Shown here piece after piece: positions 44,392 through 53,044 of a stretch of 64,000 nucleotides of DNA (positions are counted from its first letter, which is position 1; every line of letters starts with the position of its first letter). The stretch is from assembly GCA_965204755.1 (NCBI GenBank), contig OZ242011.1:2240001-2304000 (forward strand). Direction: 5' to 3'. Source of the DNA: Candidatus Marinacidobacterium sp. (GTDB lineage: Bacteria; Acidobacteriota; Vicinamibacteria; Marinacidobacterales; Marinacidobacteraceae). Under the pieces are notes generated by a model. That model made no database searches. It saw nothing but the letters and a program-made list of their open reading frames with translations, and had not been told where the DNA came from. A program made the translations under genes and the position numbers.

Positions 44392-46143
44392 ATGCAACTC
44401 CTCGACTGGGTCGTCGTCGCCGCCTACTTCGGGCTGATCGCCCTCGTCGGCTACCGCACCGGCCGCGGCAACCGGGGCATCGAGGACTACTTCCTCGCCC
44501 GGAGGTCCATGCCCTGGTACGCCATGGGCCTCTCGGTGATGGCCACCCAAGCCAGCGCGATCACGCTGGTCGGGGCCACCGGGCAGGCGTACGCCGACGG
44601 GATGCGGTTCCTCCAGATCTACCTGGGCCTGCCCATCGCCATGGTCCTCCTCTCGGTGACCTTCGTGCCGCTCTTCTACCGGGCGCGGGTGTTCACCGCC
44701 TACCAGTACCTGGAGGAACGCTGCGGCCCCGGCGCCCGCACGCTGACCAGCCTCCTCTTCCTCTTCGGCCGCGCCCTCTCCGGGGCGGTGGTGATCTACG
44801 CGCCGTCGGTGGTGCTCTCGGTGGTCTTCTCGCTCGACGAGACGCTCACGATCCTGCTCATCGGCGGCTTCGCCACGCTCTACACCGCGCTCGGCGGGAT
44901 GCGCGCCGTCATGTGGGTGGAGACCTGGCAGATGCTCATCATCCTGCTCGGGATCCTGTTCTGCTTCGGGTCGGTGGTCTCCGGGCTGCCGGAGGGCGTG
45001 GGCTTCGGCGAGGCGCTCCGGCTGGCCGGCGCCGCCGGCCGGCTGGAGACCCTCTCCTTCGACCCTGACCCCCGGCAGACCTACACCGTCTGGACCGGGC
45101 TGCTCGGCGGCCTCTTCCTCATGCTGTCCTACTTCGGCTGCGACCAGAGCCAGGTGCAGCGCTACCTGACCGGCCGGTCGCTCCGGGAGAGCCGCATCTC
45201 CCTGCTGTTCAACGGCTTCGCCAAACTGCCGGTGCAGTTCGTCATCCTCCTCACCGGGGCGCTCCTCTTCGTCTTCTACCAGTTCGAGAAGCCGCCGCTC
45301 CTGTTCGACCCGGCCACCCTCGCCGAAGTCCGCGCCGCATCGCCGGCGGAACTGGCGCGGACCGAGGCGGACTACGACCGCGCCTTCGCCGAGCGGCGGG
45401 AGGCGGCGTTCGCGCTGGCCGCCGCCGACGGGGAGGCCGACGGGGAGGACGGCCCGGAAGGCGCCGCCCGGGAGCGGTTCCTCACCGCCGACCGGAGGTT
45501 CCGGGAGACCCGGGAGGAGGCCCGGCAGGCCGCGGAAGCGGTGCGCGGCGAGGCCTGGTCGGACACGAACCATGTGTTCCCGACCTTCGTGTTCACCCAA
45601 CTGCCGGCCGGCCTGGTGGGCCTCATCCTGATCGCCGTGCTGGCCGCCGCCATGTCCACCGTGGAGTCCGAACTCTCCGCCCTCTCCACCGCTTCGGTGG
45701 TGGACTTCTACCGCCGGTTCGGGGACCGCCTGCCGCTGTTCCGCCCCGGTTCCGGGCCCGGCGCCGGGCGCCGGCTGCTGGCCGCCGGGCGGGCGGGGAT
45801 CGTGTTCTGGGGCGCGCTGGCCACCGGCGCCGCGCTCTACATGGGCCGGCTGGGGTCGGCGGTGGAGGCGGTGAACCGGGTCGGCTCCTTCTTCTACGGC
45901 CCGATCCTCGGCGCCTTCGTCCTCGCCGCCCTCCTGCCGAACCGGGGCGCCCGGCGGGCGGTTCCGGCGATCGCCGCCGGCGTCGCCGCGGTCTGGGCGG
46001 TGGAACTCGTTCCCCGCGCGCTGGGCGTCCCGGGGATCTCCTACCTCTACTACAACCTGGTCGGGGCGGGAGTGACGGTGGCGGTCGGCCGGATCCTCTC
46101 CGGCGCAAGGCCTTCCGCCGCAGAGGAGGCCCCCCGCCCGTGA
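44392..46143 (+). CDS. Sodium:solute symporter (SLC5/SSS family)
   Basis: DYFLARRSMPW, SVMATQASAIT, YTALGGMRAV, GCDQSQVQRYL, AAAMST. Confidence 0.93.
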   Translation: MQLLDWVVVAAYFGLIALVGYRTGRGNRGIEDYFLARRSMPWYAMGLSVMATQASAITLVGATGQAYADGMRFLQIYLGLPIAMVLLSVTFVPLFYRARVFTAYQYLEERCGPGARTLTSLLFLFGRALSGAVVIYAPSVVLSVVFSLDETLTILLIGGFATLYTALGGMRAVMWVETWQMLIILLGILFCFGSVVSGLPEGVGFGEALRLAGAAGRLETLSFDPDPRQTYTVWTGLLGGLFLMLSYFGCDQSQVQRYLTGRSLRESRISLLFNGFAKLPVQFVILLTGALLFVFYQFEKPPLLFDPATLAEVRAASPAELARTEADYDRAFAERREAAFALAAADGEADGEDGPEGAARERFLTADRRFRETREEARQAAEAVRGEAWSDTNHVFPTFVFTQLPAGLVGLILIAVLAAAMSTVESELSALSTASVVDFYRRFGDRLPLFRPGSGPGAGRRLLAAGRAGIVFWGALATGAALYMGRLGSAVEAVNRVGSFFYGPILGAFVLAALLPNRGARRAVPAIAAGVAAVWAVELVPRALGVPGISYLYYNLVGAGVTVAVGRILSGARPSAAEEAPRP

Positions 46144-47885
46144 GGGAGTACCGCCGGCAGGCCGCGGAGTGGCTCGACCGCTTCGTCGCCCGCCGGGAAT
46201 CGTTGAGCCGGCGCGGGTTCTCCACCGGGGTGGACCTCGGCATCGGCGCGCTCGTGGGGGCGGTGATCGCCGGGTTCGTGGTCGCCACGCAGCGGCTCGC
46301 GGAGTTCGTGGTGGACGGCGCGGCGCTCGGGTCCTTCCGCTACGCAGTCCCGATCCTCGGGTCGCTGGTCGCCGGGATCCTCATGCATCGCTGGTTCCGC
46401 GAGGCCCGGGGCAGCGGGGTGCCGCAGACCAAGGCCGCGCTGGTCGCCGACGGCGGCCGCATCCCGTTCCGGGCGCCGGTGGGGAAACTGCTGGTCGGCA
46501 CCCTGACCCTCGGCAGCGGCATCCCCCTCGGGCGCGAAGGGCCGTCGGCGCAAATCGGGGCCGGCCTCGCTTCGTCGGTCGGCAGCGCGCTGCGGGTGGA
46601 CGCCGTCCGGCGGCAGCAGTTGGTCCCGGTAGGCGCCGCGGCCGCGATCGCCGCGGCGTTCAACACCCCGATCGCCGGCATCCTGTTCGCGCTCGAGGAG
46701 ATCGTCGGCAACCTCCACGCCCGGCTCATCGGCTCCGTCGTCCTGGGGTCGGTGGCGAGTTGGCTGGTGCTCCGGCTCTCGCTCGGCGACGAGCCGCTGT
46801 TCTCGGTACCGCCCTACGAGGTCGGACACCCCGCGGAACTGCTCATCTACGCGGTGCTCGGGGTGCTCGGCGGGCTGATGTCGGTGCTCTTCGTCCGCCT
46901 GCTGCTCCGGCTGCGCCAAGCCTTCCGCCGGTTGCCGGCGGCCACCCGCTGGTTCCAGCCGGCGGTCGGCGGACTGGCGGTCGCCGCGGCCTGGGCGCTG
47001 TTGCCCGGCTTCTTCCATGTCGGCTACGGCCCGGTGGGGGAGGCCCTCGCCGGCGAACTGGACATGGGCACGATGGCGGTGCTGCTCGCGCTCCACTTCG
47101 GGCTGGCGGTGATCGCCTACGCCTCCGGGAACGCCGGCGGGATCTTCGGCCCCAGCATCTTCCTCGGCGCCATGCTCGGAGGGGTGGTGGGCAGCCTCGC
47201 CGGCGCGTGGTTCGACTTCGCCGCGTCGCCCGGCGCGTACGCGCTGGTCGGCATGGGGGCGGCGTTCGCCGGGATCCTGCGGGTGCCGATGACCTCGGTG
47301 TTCATGATCTTCGAGATCACCCAGTCCTACACGGTCATCGTCCCGCTCATGATCGCCAACCTGGTGTCCTTCCTGGTCTCCCGCCGCCTCCAGCCGGTCC
47401 CGGCCTACCAGGCGCTCGCGCTCCAGGACGGGATCCACCTGCCGGAGAGCGAGGACCTCGAGTCCCACCTCTCCGTCCGCGCCGGGATGCGCCAGCCCCG
47501 GGAACTGCTGCCGCCGGACCTGACCGTCGAGGACGCGATCGAGCGGGTCGCGCTCAGCGGCAAACGCGCCTGGCCGGTGGCCCGCGACAACCGCATCGCC
47601 GGTTTCATCACCCTGGTGGAACTCGAGCGGCTCCACAACTGGGGGCAGGACCGGGAACGGCTGGGCGATGTGGTCCGGGGGAGGTCGTTCCCCCACCTCC
47701 ACTCCGACCAGCCGATCGACATGGCCCTGCGCTACATGGGCCGCATCGCGCTGGACACCCTGCCGGTGGTGAGCCGGGTGGATGTCCACCGGCTCGAAGG
47801 CACGGTGACGGTCGCCGACCTGCTGCGCGCCTACGGGGTCGCGCCCCGCTTCGGCGACGGCCCCCCCCGGGGAATCCCCGGGTAG
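46140..47885 (+). CDS. ClC chloride channel / H+:Cl- antiporter with a CBS pair
   Basis: GSGVP, GREGP, AFNTPIAGILFALEE, GGIFGP motifs and C-terminal CBS domains; GTGA overlap. Confidence 0.93.
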   Translation: MREYRRQAAEWLDRFVARRESLSRRGFSTGVDLGIGALVGAVIAGFVVATQRLAEFVVDGAALGSFRYAVPILGSLVAGILMHRWFREARGSGVPQTKAALVADGGRIPFRAPVGKLLVGTLTLGSGIPLGREGPSAQIGAGLASSVGSALRVDAVRRQQLVPVGAAAAIAAAFNTPIAGILFALEEIVGNLHARLIGSVVLGSVASWLVLRLSLGDEPLFSVPPYEVGHPAELLIYAVLGVLGGLMSVLFVRLLLRLRQAFRRLPAATRWFQPAVGGLAVAAAWALLPGFFHVGYGPVGEALAGELDMGTMAVLLALHFGLAVIAYASGNAGGIFGPSIFLGAMLGGVVGSLAGAWFDFAASPGAYALVGMGAAFAGILRVPMTSVFMIFEITQSYTVIVPLMIANLVSFLVSRRLQPVPAYQALALQDGIHLPESEDLESHLSVRAGMRQPRELLPPDLTVEDAIERVALSGKRAWPVARDNRIAGFITLVELERLHNWGQDRERLGDVVRGRSFPHLHSDQPIDMALRYMGRIALDTLPVVSRVDVHRLEGTVTVADLLRAYGVAPRFGDGPPRGIPG

Positions 47886-47910
47886 CCGCCCGGAGGCGAT
47901 CCCGGGAGTC

Positions 47911-48390
47911 GTGGTCGCGGTCGTCCAGCGCGTCCGTTCCGCTTCGGTCTCCGTCTCCGGGGAGACCGTCGCCGAAATCGGGCCCGGCCTGCTGGTCCTC
48001 GTGGGGGTGGCCGCCGCCGACTCCCCGGAAGACGCGGCCTGGCTGGCCCGTCGGATCGCCGGACTCCGGGTGTTCCCCCCCTCCGGCGGCGGCGGCGCGG
48101 AACGGAGCGTCGTCGAGAGCGGGGGCGAGGCGCTCGCGGTGTCGCAGTTCACCCTGCTGGCCAACTGCCGGAAGGGGCGGCGTCCCTCGTTCTCCGCCGC
48201 CGCGCCCGGGCCCGCCGCCGGCCGGCTGTACCGGGACTTCTGCTCCCGGCTCGGGGAGTGCGGCGTCCCGGTGCGCACCGGCGTGTTCGGGGCGGCCATG
48301 GAGGTCGCGCTGGTGAACGACGGCCCCTACACGCTGGTGGTCGAAAGCCCCGGCGCGGCGCGAAGTATCCTTACCGTTTCCGCCGGCTGA
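47911..48390 (+). CDS. dtd: D-aminoacyl-tRNA deacylase
   Basis: VVQRV, SQFTL, KGRRPSF, GVFGAAMEVALVNDGPYT. Confidence 0.93.
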   Translation: MVAVVQRVRSASVSVSGETVAEIGPGLLVLVGVAAADSPEDAAWLARRIAGLRVFPPSGGGGAERSVVESGGEALAVSQFTLLANCRKGRRPSFSAAAPGPAAGRLYRDFCSRLGECGVPVRTGVFGAAMEVALVNDGPYTLVVESPGAARSILTVSAG

Positions 48391-48444
48391 GCCCCGTTGC
48401 GCTCCGCCCACCCTGTCCGATTCGCGGAATTCGAGGTGTTTTCC

Positions 48445-49530
48445 ATGCGCATCCTCCGCTCGCCCCGCGCGGTCCTCCTCGCCGGCGCCCTCGCCGGTTC
48501 GGCGGTGTTCGCCGCCGGCTGCGGCGGCTCGGCGGCCGGTTCCTCGCCCGCCGGGGAAGGGCCGATGGCTTCCGTCCTTCCCCCGACCGTCGAATCCTCG
48601 GTGCTCGGCGTGCTCGACGGCGAGGAGATCACTCTCGAGAGCGTCCCCGACCAGGATCGGTTCCAGTTGGCCAAACTGCGGACCGAGTACCTGACCGAAG
48701 CGCACGCCACGCTGGAGCGGATCGCGCTGCGCGCGGCGCGCGACCGGGTGCTCACCCGCGCCGCGGAGGCGAAGGGGATGACCCTGAACGACTATCTCGG
48801 CGCGGAAGTGGGGCCGCCGGAGGTGAGCGACGCCGAAGTCGAGCAGGTGTACCAGCGCAACATCAACCAGATGGGCGGGCGGCCGCTCGACCAGATCCGC
48901 GACCAACTGCGCGGCCAGATCGCCGAGCAGAAGTTCAACTGGTCGGTGGAGCGGGTCGCGGACGGCCTGCTCGGCGACGCCGAGTGGGACATGACCGTTC
49001 CCGCCTTCCGGGTCGAGATCGAAACCGACGGCCACGCCGCGGTGGGGCCGGCGGGCGCGCCGGTGGAACTCGTGGTGTTCTCGGATTTCGAGTGCCCCTA
49101 CTGCCGCCGCTTCAACACCAGCCTCGACCGGCTCCGCGAAGAGTTCCTCTCCGAGGTCCGGGTGGTCTTCCGGCACCACCCGCTGCGCAACATCCACCCG
49201 CGCGCCCAGAAGGCGGCGGAGGCCTCGCTCTGCGCCGGAGACCAGGGCAAGTTCTGGGAGTTCCACGACGCGCTCTGGACGGACGAGGACCTGTCGGCGG
49301 ACGCGCTGGACCGCCACGCTTCGGGGATCGGTCTCGACTCGGACACCTTCGGGGACTGCCTGAATTCCGGCCGCTACTACGAGCAGGTGGAAGCGGATGT
49401 GCAGGCCGCGCTCGGGCTCGGGCAGGGAGGGACCCCGGCGGTCTTCGTGAACGGCCGCTATGTGGGCGGCGCGATCTCGTTCGAGGACCTGAAGTCGCAG
49501 ATCGAACGCGAACTCGCCGAGGGCGACTAG
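48445..49530 (+). CDS. DsbA/thioredoxin-fold lipoprotein with an N-terminal helical extension
   Basis: Lipobox FAAGC, FSDFECPYC, FRHHPL, cis-Pro GTP; GAGG RBS before ATG 48445. Confidence 0.9.
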   Translation: MRILRSPRAVLLAGALAGSAVFAAGCGGSAAGSSPAGEGPMASVLPPTVESSVLGVLDGEEITLESVPDQDRFQLAKLRTEYLTEAHATLERIALRAARDRVLTRAAEAKGMTLNDYLGAEVGPPEVSDAEVEQVYQRNINQMGGRPLDQIRDQLRGQIAEQKFNWSVERVADGLLGDAEWDMTVPAFRVEIETDGHAAVGPAGAPVELVVFSDFECPYCRRFNTSLDRLREEFLSEVRVVFRHHPLRNIHPRAQKAAEASLCAGDQGKFWEFHDALWTDEDLSADALDRHASGIGLDSDTFGDCLNSGRYYEQVEADVQAALGLGQGGTPAVFVNGRYVGGAISFEDLKSQIERELAEGD

Positions 49531-49583
49531 CGAGCCCCGACCGGCGAGCCCCGACCAGCGAGCCCGATTGGCGAGCCCGACCC
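49530..49583 (+). repeat. Four degenerate 13-14-bp tandem repeats (GCGAGCCC(C)GA...)
   Basis: GCGAGCCCCGACCG, GCGAGCCCCGACCA, GCGAGCCCGATTG, GCGAGCCCGACCC. Confidence 0.75.
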
Positions 49584-49623
49584 GGCCCGCGTTCGCACCT
49601 CCGAAGGACACTCACTCAAGAAG

Positions 49624-50028
49624 ATGCCTGCCGCGACCACGCTCTCTCCCGAAGTCCGGGAATTCCTCGAAGCCCGGACTTTCGTCCACCTGGCCACCGT
49701 CCTGCCCGACGGGCGCCCGCAGGTCTCCCCGGTCTGGGTCGAACTCGACGGCGAGTCCATCGTCGTGAACTCGGCGGTGGGCCGGGTCAAGGACCGGAAC
49801 ATCCGCGCCGACGCCCGGGTGGCGCTCTCCGCCTGCCATCCGGACGACCCCTACCGCGCGGTGATGATCCGGGGCCGGGTGGTGGAAGTCACCGAGGAGG
49901 CCGCCGAGGAGGGCATAGACCGCCTCGCCCGGAAGTACCTGGGCTCCGACCGGTACGAATGGCGCCGCCCGGGAGAGGTGCGCGTGATCTACCGCATCCA
50001 ACCGGAAACCGTCGCCACGATCCCGTAG
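49624..50028 (+). CDS. PPOX-class (pyridoxamine 5'-phosphate oxidase-like) putative F420-dependent oxidoreductase
   Basis: LATVLPDGRPQVSPVW, KDRNIRADARVAL, LARKYLG, EVRVIYRI. Confidence 0.88.
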   Translation: MPAATTLSPEVREFLEARTFVHLATVLPDGRPQVSPVWVELDGESIVVNSAVGRVKDRNIRADARVALSACHPDDPYRAVMIRGRVVEVTEEAAEEGIDRLARKYLGSDRYEWRRPGEVRVIYRIQPETVATIP

Positions 50029-50068
50029 GGCCCCGGCACGGGGACCCCGAAGCCGTCGGCGGGTCGTC

Positions 50069-50449
50069 GTGCGCTATCGAGAGCCGCTCCCGAAGGGCTG
50101 CCCGCCGGCCGAGGCCGCGGAGATTCGGGAGCCGCGCTCCGTCTTTCGGTTGGTGCGAAGCGACCCGGCGACATCGGAGGACTTCCGTTCTCACAGGGAA
50201 GAGAAGGGGCCGGGAGTCGTCTTCCGCGGAGTGGACGAGTGCCGGGCCCGCGGCCTGTCCGTCTATGAGTCCCGCGAGAGCGCAGCGGGGGCGAGAAGAT
50301 TTCCTCATCTTCGCGGCCGCCGCGTCTGTCGGGTAGAACTCGCCGCCGGCGCGGGCAGCATCCGCCAGACCGGAGCCCCGCCCCACTACACTTGGTGGCC
50401 GCTCGCGGACTTCGACATTCTCGCCGCGAGCACCGTGGAGCCCCGATGA
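50069..50449 (+). CDS. Hypothetical protein, possible ADP-ribosyltransferase-like fold
   Basis: LPKGCPP...VFRLV...DFRS...CRARGLSVY...HYTWW pattern; the stop overlaps the next ATG (ATGA). The fold call is inference. Confidence 0.65.
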   Translation: MRYREPLPKGCPPAEAAEIREPRSVFRLVRSDPATSEDFRSHREEKGPGVVFRGVDECRARGLSVYESRESAAGARRFPHLRGRRVCRVELAAGAGSIRQTGAPPHYTWWPLADFDILAASTVEPR

Positions 50450-51609
50450 CCGCGACGAGGCGAATCCGCCATACGGCGACGCTCGCCTATTACGACGGTC
50501 CGTTGGTGTTCGAGGCCCGCGACGGCATCGGCGGCCACTACCTCGCCTCCGCGGCGGCGCGGGAGCCCGGCGAACCGGATGAATTCCTGCTGAGGGGCGT
50601 TTCGCCCTCGGCGCTTGCGGCGTTTCGTTTCGGTGCGGTGGACCTTCGCTCGGCGCTGCTCGACTCGCCGGACGCCGAGTGGTTCCTCGCGCGATTCGCG
50701 GACTCGGGAGAGGAGGACACACTGCTGCTGGAGCCCCAGGCGGGGCCGCTCGAAGGCAGTTCGCCGCTCCTCCCCGATTCCGGATTCTTCCTCCACGACG
50801 GTCCGGCCGAGAACGCGGTGGTGGAAGAGGCGAGAAGGCGGAACGCGCTCGTCGTGGAACTCGCCGCCAGTCCGCCGGAGGCTGCGAACGGCCACTGCAT
50901 GCGCGCGGCTGCCTTGGGCGGCCTGCTGACCGACTTCCAGACTCTGGTCACCGGGGCGCATCGCGCGGCGGCGAAGGGTGGGCGGCCGCCTCCGGGGAGC
51001 GAAGAGATGGATGTCGTCGTGCCCGCCGCACCCGGTTCGTTCCGGGTGGTTCTCGCCTCCGCCCATCCACCGGATGTCTTCGGCGGGAACTGGCTGACGC
51101 CCGCCTTCCGACAACTCGACGAAGTGTTCCGGCGGATCGAGGACCCCTCGGAGACCGTCGCCTTCCTGCGGGAGAGTCCGGGGCGGTTCGCGGGCGCCGC
51201 CGTGAAGTTCCTGAAGTCGGTCGCGGACAGTACGGACTTCCGGTACTCGTGGGCGGACTTCGACTCGAAGGAAGCCACGCGGCACTCGGTGCCGCGGCAC
51301 GCGGCCGCCCGCATCGTCGAGGCCGCCGCCGACTCCCCGGTCATCGACGCCGAGGAGACGGAAGAAGTGGAAGTGACCGGGGAGTTCCAGAAGTTCCACC
51401 GGGGGAACGGCGCCTGGGCGCTGCTGACCGGGGACGGGGCCGTCGTTGCGGGAACGCTCCGCCCCGAAGGGCCCGGTCTCGACGGGCTGGTCGTCGGCGG
51501 CCGGTACCGGTTCGTCTGCGAAGAGCGGGTCGAGGCGGTCAGCGTCAGCAGGCGACGACCTCCGAGGCGCTACCTCGTTCGCCACGAGCCGGCCGCCGAC
51601 GAGTCCTGA
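50446..51609 (+). CDS. Hypothetical multidomain protein with an N-terminal YYDGP-motif (DUF6575-like) domain
   Basis: ATG 50446 coupled to the upstream gene; LAYYDGPLVFEARD...HYL...GAVDLRSAL N-terminus, a helical middle with GSFRVVL and a beta-rich C-terminus. Protein-like composition, unlike the shadow ORFs. Confidence 0.75.
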   Translation: MTATRRIRHTATLAYYDGPLVFEARDGIGGHYLASAAAREPGEPDEFLLRGVSPSALAAFRFGAVDLRSALLDSPDAEWFLARFADSGEEDTLLLEPQAGPLEGSSPLLPDSGFFLHDGPAENAVVEEARRRNALVVELAASPPEAANGHCMRAAALGGLLTDFQTLVTGAHRAAAKGGRPPPGSEEMDVVVPAAPGSFRVVLASAHPPDVFGGNWLTPAFRQLDEVFRRIEDPSETVAFLRESPGRFAGAAVKFLKSVADSTDFRYSWADFDSKEATRHSVPRHAAARIVEAAADSPVIDAEETEEVEVTGEFQKFHRGNGAWALLTGDGAVVAGTLRPEGPGLDGLVVGGRYRFVCEERVEAVSVSRRRPPRRYLVRHEPAADES

Positions 51610-51684
51610 GGCGGGTCTCGCCGGCGCGGCGACGGGCCGCGGGGCCTCTCCGGCGACTGATCGCCGCGTTCCCTTCGCCCGCAG

Positions 51685-51838
51685 GAAAGACACAGGCTCG
51701 CGGGTCGAAAGACACAGGCTCGCGGGCGGAAAGACACAGGCTCGCCGGTCGAAAGACACAGGCTCGCGGGCGGAAAGACACAGGCTCGCCGGTCGAAAGA
51801 CACAGGCTCGCCCGTGGAAAGACACAGGCTCGCGAGAG
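51685..51838 (+). repeat. Seven tandem 22-bp direct repeats: invariant GAAAGACACAGGCTCGC plus 5 variable nt
   Basis: Units start at 51685, 51707, 51729, 51751, 51773, 51795 and 51817. Variable parts: GGGTC, GGGCG, CGGTC, GGGCG, CGGTC, CCGTG, GAGAG. Confidence 0.95.
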
Positions 51839-52063
51839 TCGCGGGTCGTTCGGCAGCCCGCGCCGGGCTTCCGGGCGAAGCGCTTGGGCCTCCGGACTCT
51901 CCCGGGGGTGTTCCTTCGACCCGCCGAGGCTCCTTCCTCGCGGTCCGGGACGGAATTCAGCCCCGTCGGACTCCCGGACAGCGCCTTGGAGCCGCTCCCC
52001 GGAGCGCCCGCCCCACGGCCGTTCTTACCATGTAAATCGAATAAAATAAAGGAGTTATGGCAT

Positions 52064-52208
52064 AAAGACACAGGTTGAGACACAGGCTCACGGTCCAAAG
52101 ACACAGGCTAAAGACACAGGCTAAAGACACAGGCTCGGCAGGAAAGACACAGGCTAAAGACACAGGCTCGGCAGGAAAGACACAGGCTCGCCTCGAAAGA
52201 CACAGGCT
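52064..52208 (+). repeat. Second array: nine copies of AAAGACACAGGCT at 13- and 20-bp periods
   Basis: Copies at about 52064, 52077, 52097, 52110, 52123, 52143, 52156, 52176 and 52196 (first two slightly variant). Linkers are none, CACGGTCC, CGGCAGG or CGCCTCG. Confidence 0.93.
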
Positions 52209-52292
52209 CCGCCACCCCGGGAACGGGCCGCGCGACCGACTCCCGCCGCCGCGCCGCAGAACCCCTCCCCATCCGATCTCGACCGGCGAGTC

Positions 52293-52973
52293 TCAGCCCG
52301 GGATGTCGAGCACGGAACCCGTCATCGCGACAGGGGCTTCCGCGCCCAACCACGCGATGGCGGCGGCGACGGTCTCCGCCGAGGCGCGCGGCTTCGCCGC
52401 GGGGAGCGCGGCCCGGTAAGTCGCCGTGTCCACCGAACCGGGGCGGACGGCGAAGACCGCGATCCCCGAGGGACGGGTCTCCGCCGCCAGCGCCTTGGTG
52501 AACCCGACCAGCCCCTCCTTCGCCGCTCCGTAGGCGGAGAGTCCGGCGGCGCCGAGCCGGGCGGTGAGCGAGGCCACATTCACGATCCGCCCGCTGCCCC
52601 GCCGCCGCATCCCCGGCAGGGCGGCCCGGGTCGTCAGGAACGCCGCCTTGAGGTTCACCGCGATCATCCGGTCGAAGTCCTCGTCCGTCGTGTCCGTGAC
52701 CGGAGCGCGAAACGCGGCGCCGGCGGCGTTCACCACCAACTGCAACGGGCCCAGCCGCCGTTCGGTCTGTTCCACCAACTCGGCGGCCTGGCCGGGGGCG
52801 GCGACATCCGCGGGCGCCGTGAAGGCGTAGCCGCCGGACTCGCGGATGCGGTTCCCGACGCTCACCAGTCCCATCGGCCGCCGCGCCGCCAGTCCGAGAG
52901 CGAACCCGCGCCGGGCGAGCGCGAGCGCGGCCGCTTCGCCGATCCCCCGGCTCGCCCCGGTGACGAGCGCCAC
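52293..52973 (-). CDS. Short-chain dehydrogenase/reductase
   Basis: TGASRGIG, VNAAG, YGAAK, RPGSVDT. Start uncertain and may extend to ~53048. Confidence 0.88.
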   Translation of the reverse strand: MALVTGASRGIGEAAALALARRGFALGLAARRPMGLVSVGNRIRESGGYAFTAPADVAAPGQAAELVEQTERRLGPLQLVVNAAGAAFRAPVTDTTDEDFDRMIAVNLKAAFLTTRAALPGMRRRGSGRIVNVASLTARLGAAGLSAYGAAKEGLVGFTKALAAETRPSGIAVFAVRPGSVDTATYRAALPAAKPRASAETVAAAIAWLGAEAPVAMTGSVLDIPG

Positions 52974-53044
52974 CGGCGGCCCGGCGTAACCGGCCCCGCG
53001 CGCCGCGGAACCCGCGCCCGGTTCCCCCGGCCCGGGAGGGCCGC

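Noticed and set aside
52049-52065. AAGGAG followed by ATG-GCA-TAA mini-ORF
   Set aside because: SD-to-ATG spacing is only 2 nt; more simply part of the AT-rich/IHF-like tract.
51685-52208. CRISPR array
   Set aside because: The constant part is only 13-17 bp, the variable parts are 0-8 nt and recur, and there are no cas genes in the window.
51446-52419. ORFs with KDTGS/KTQAR/ERHRL or RACVF/SLCLS peptide repeats
   Set aside because: The 22-, 13- and 20-bp periods are not multiples of 3, so the peptides just cycle through frames on both strands. This is a by-product of a DNA-level repeat.
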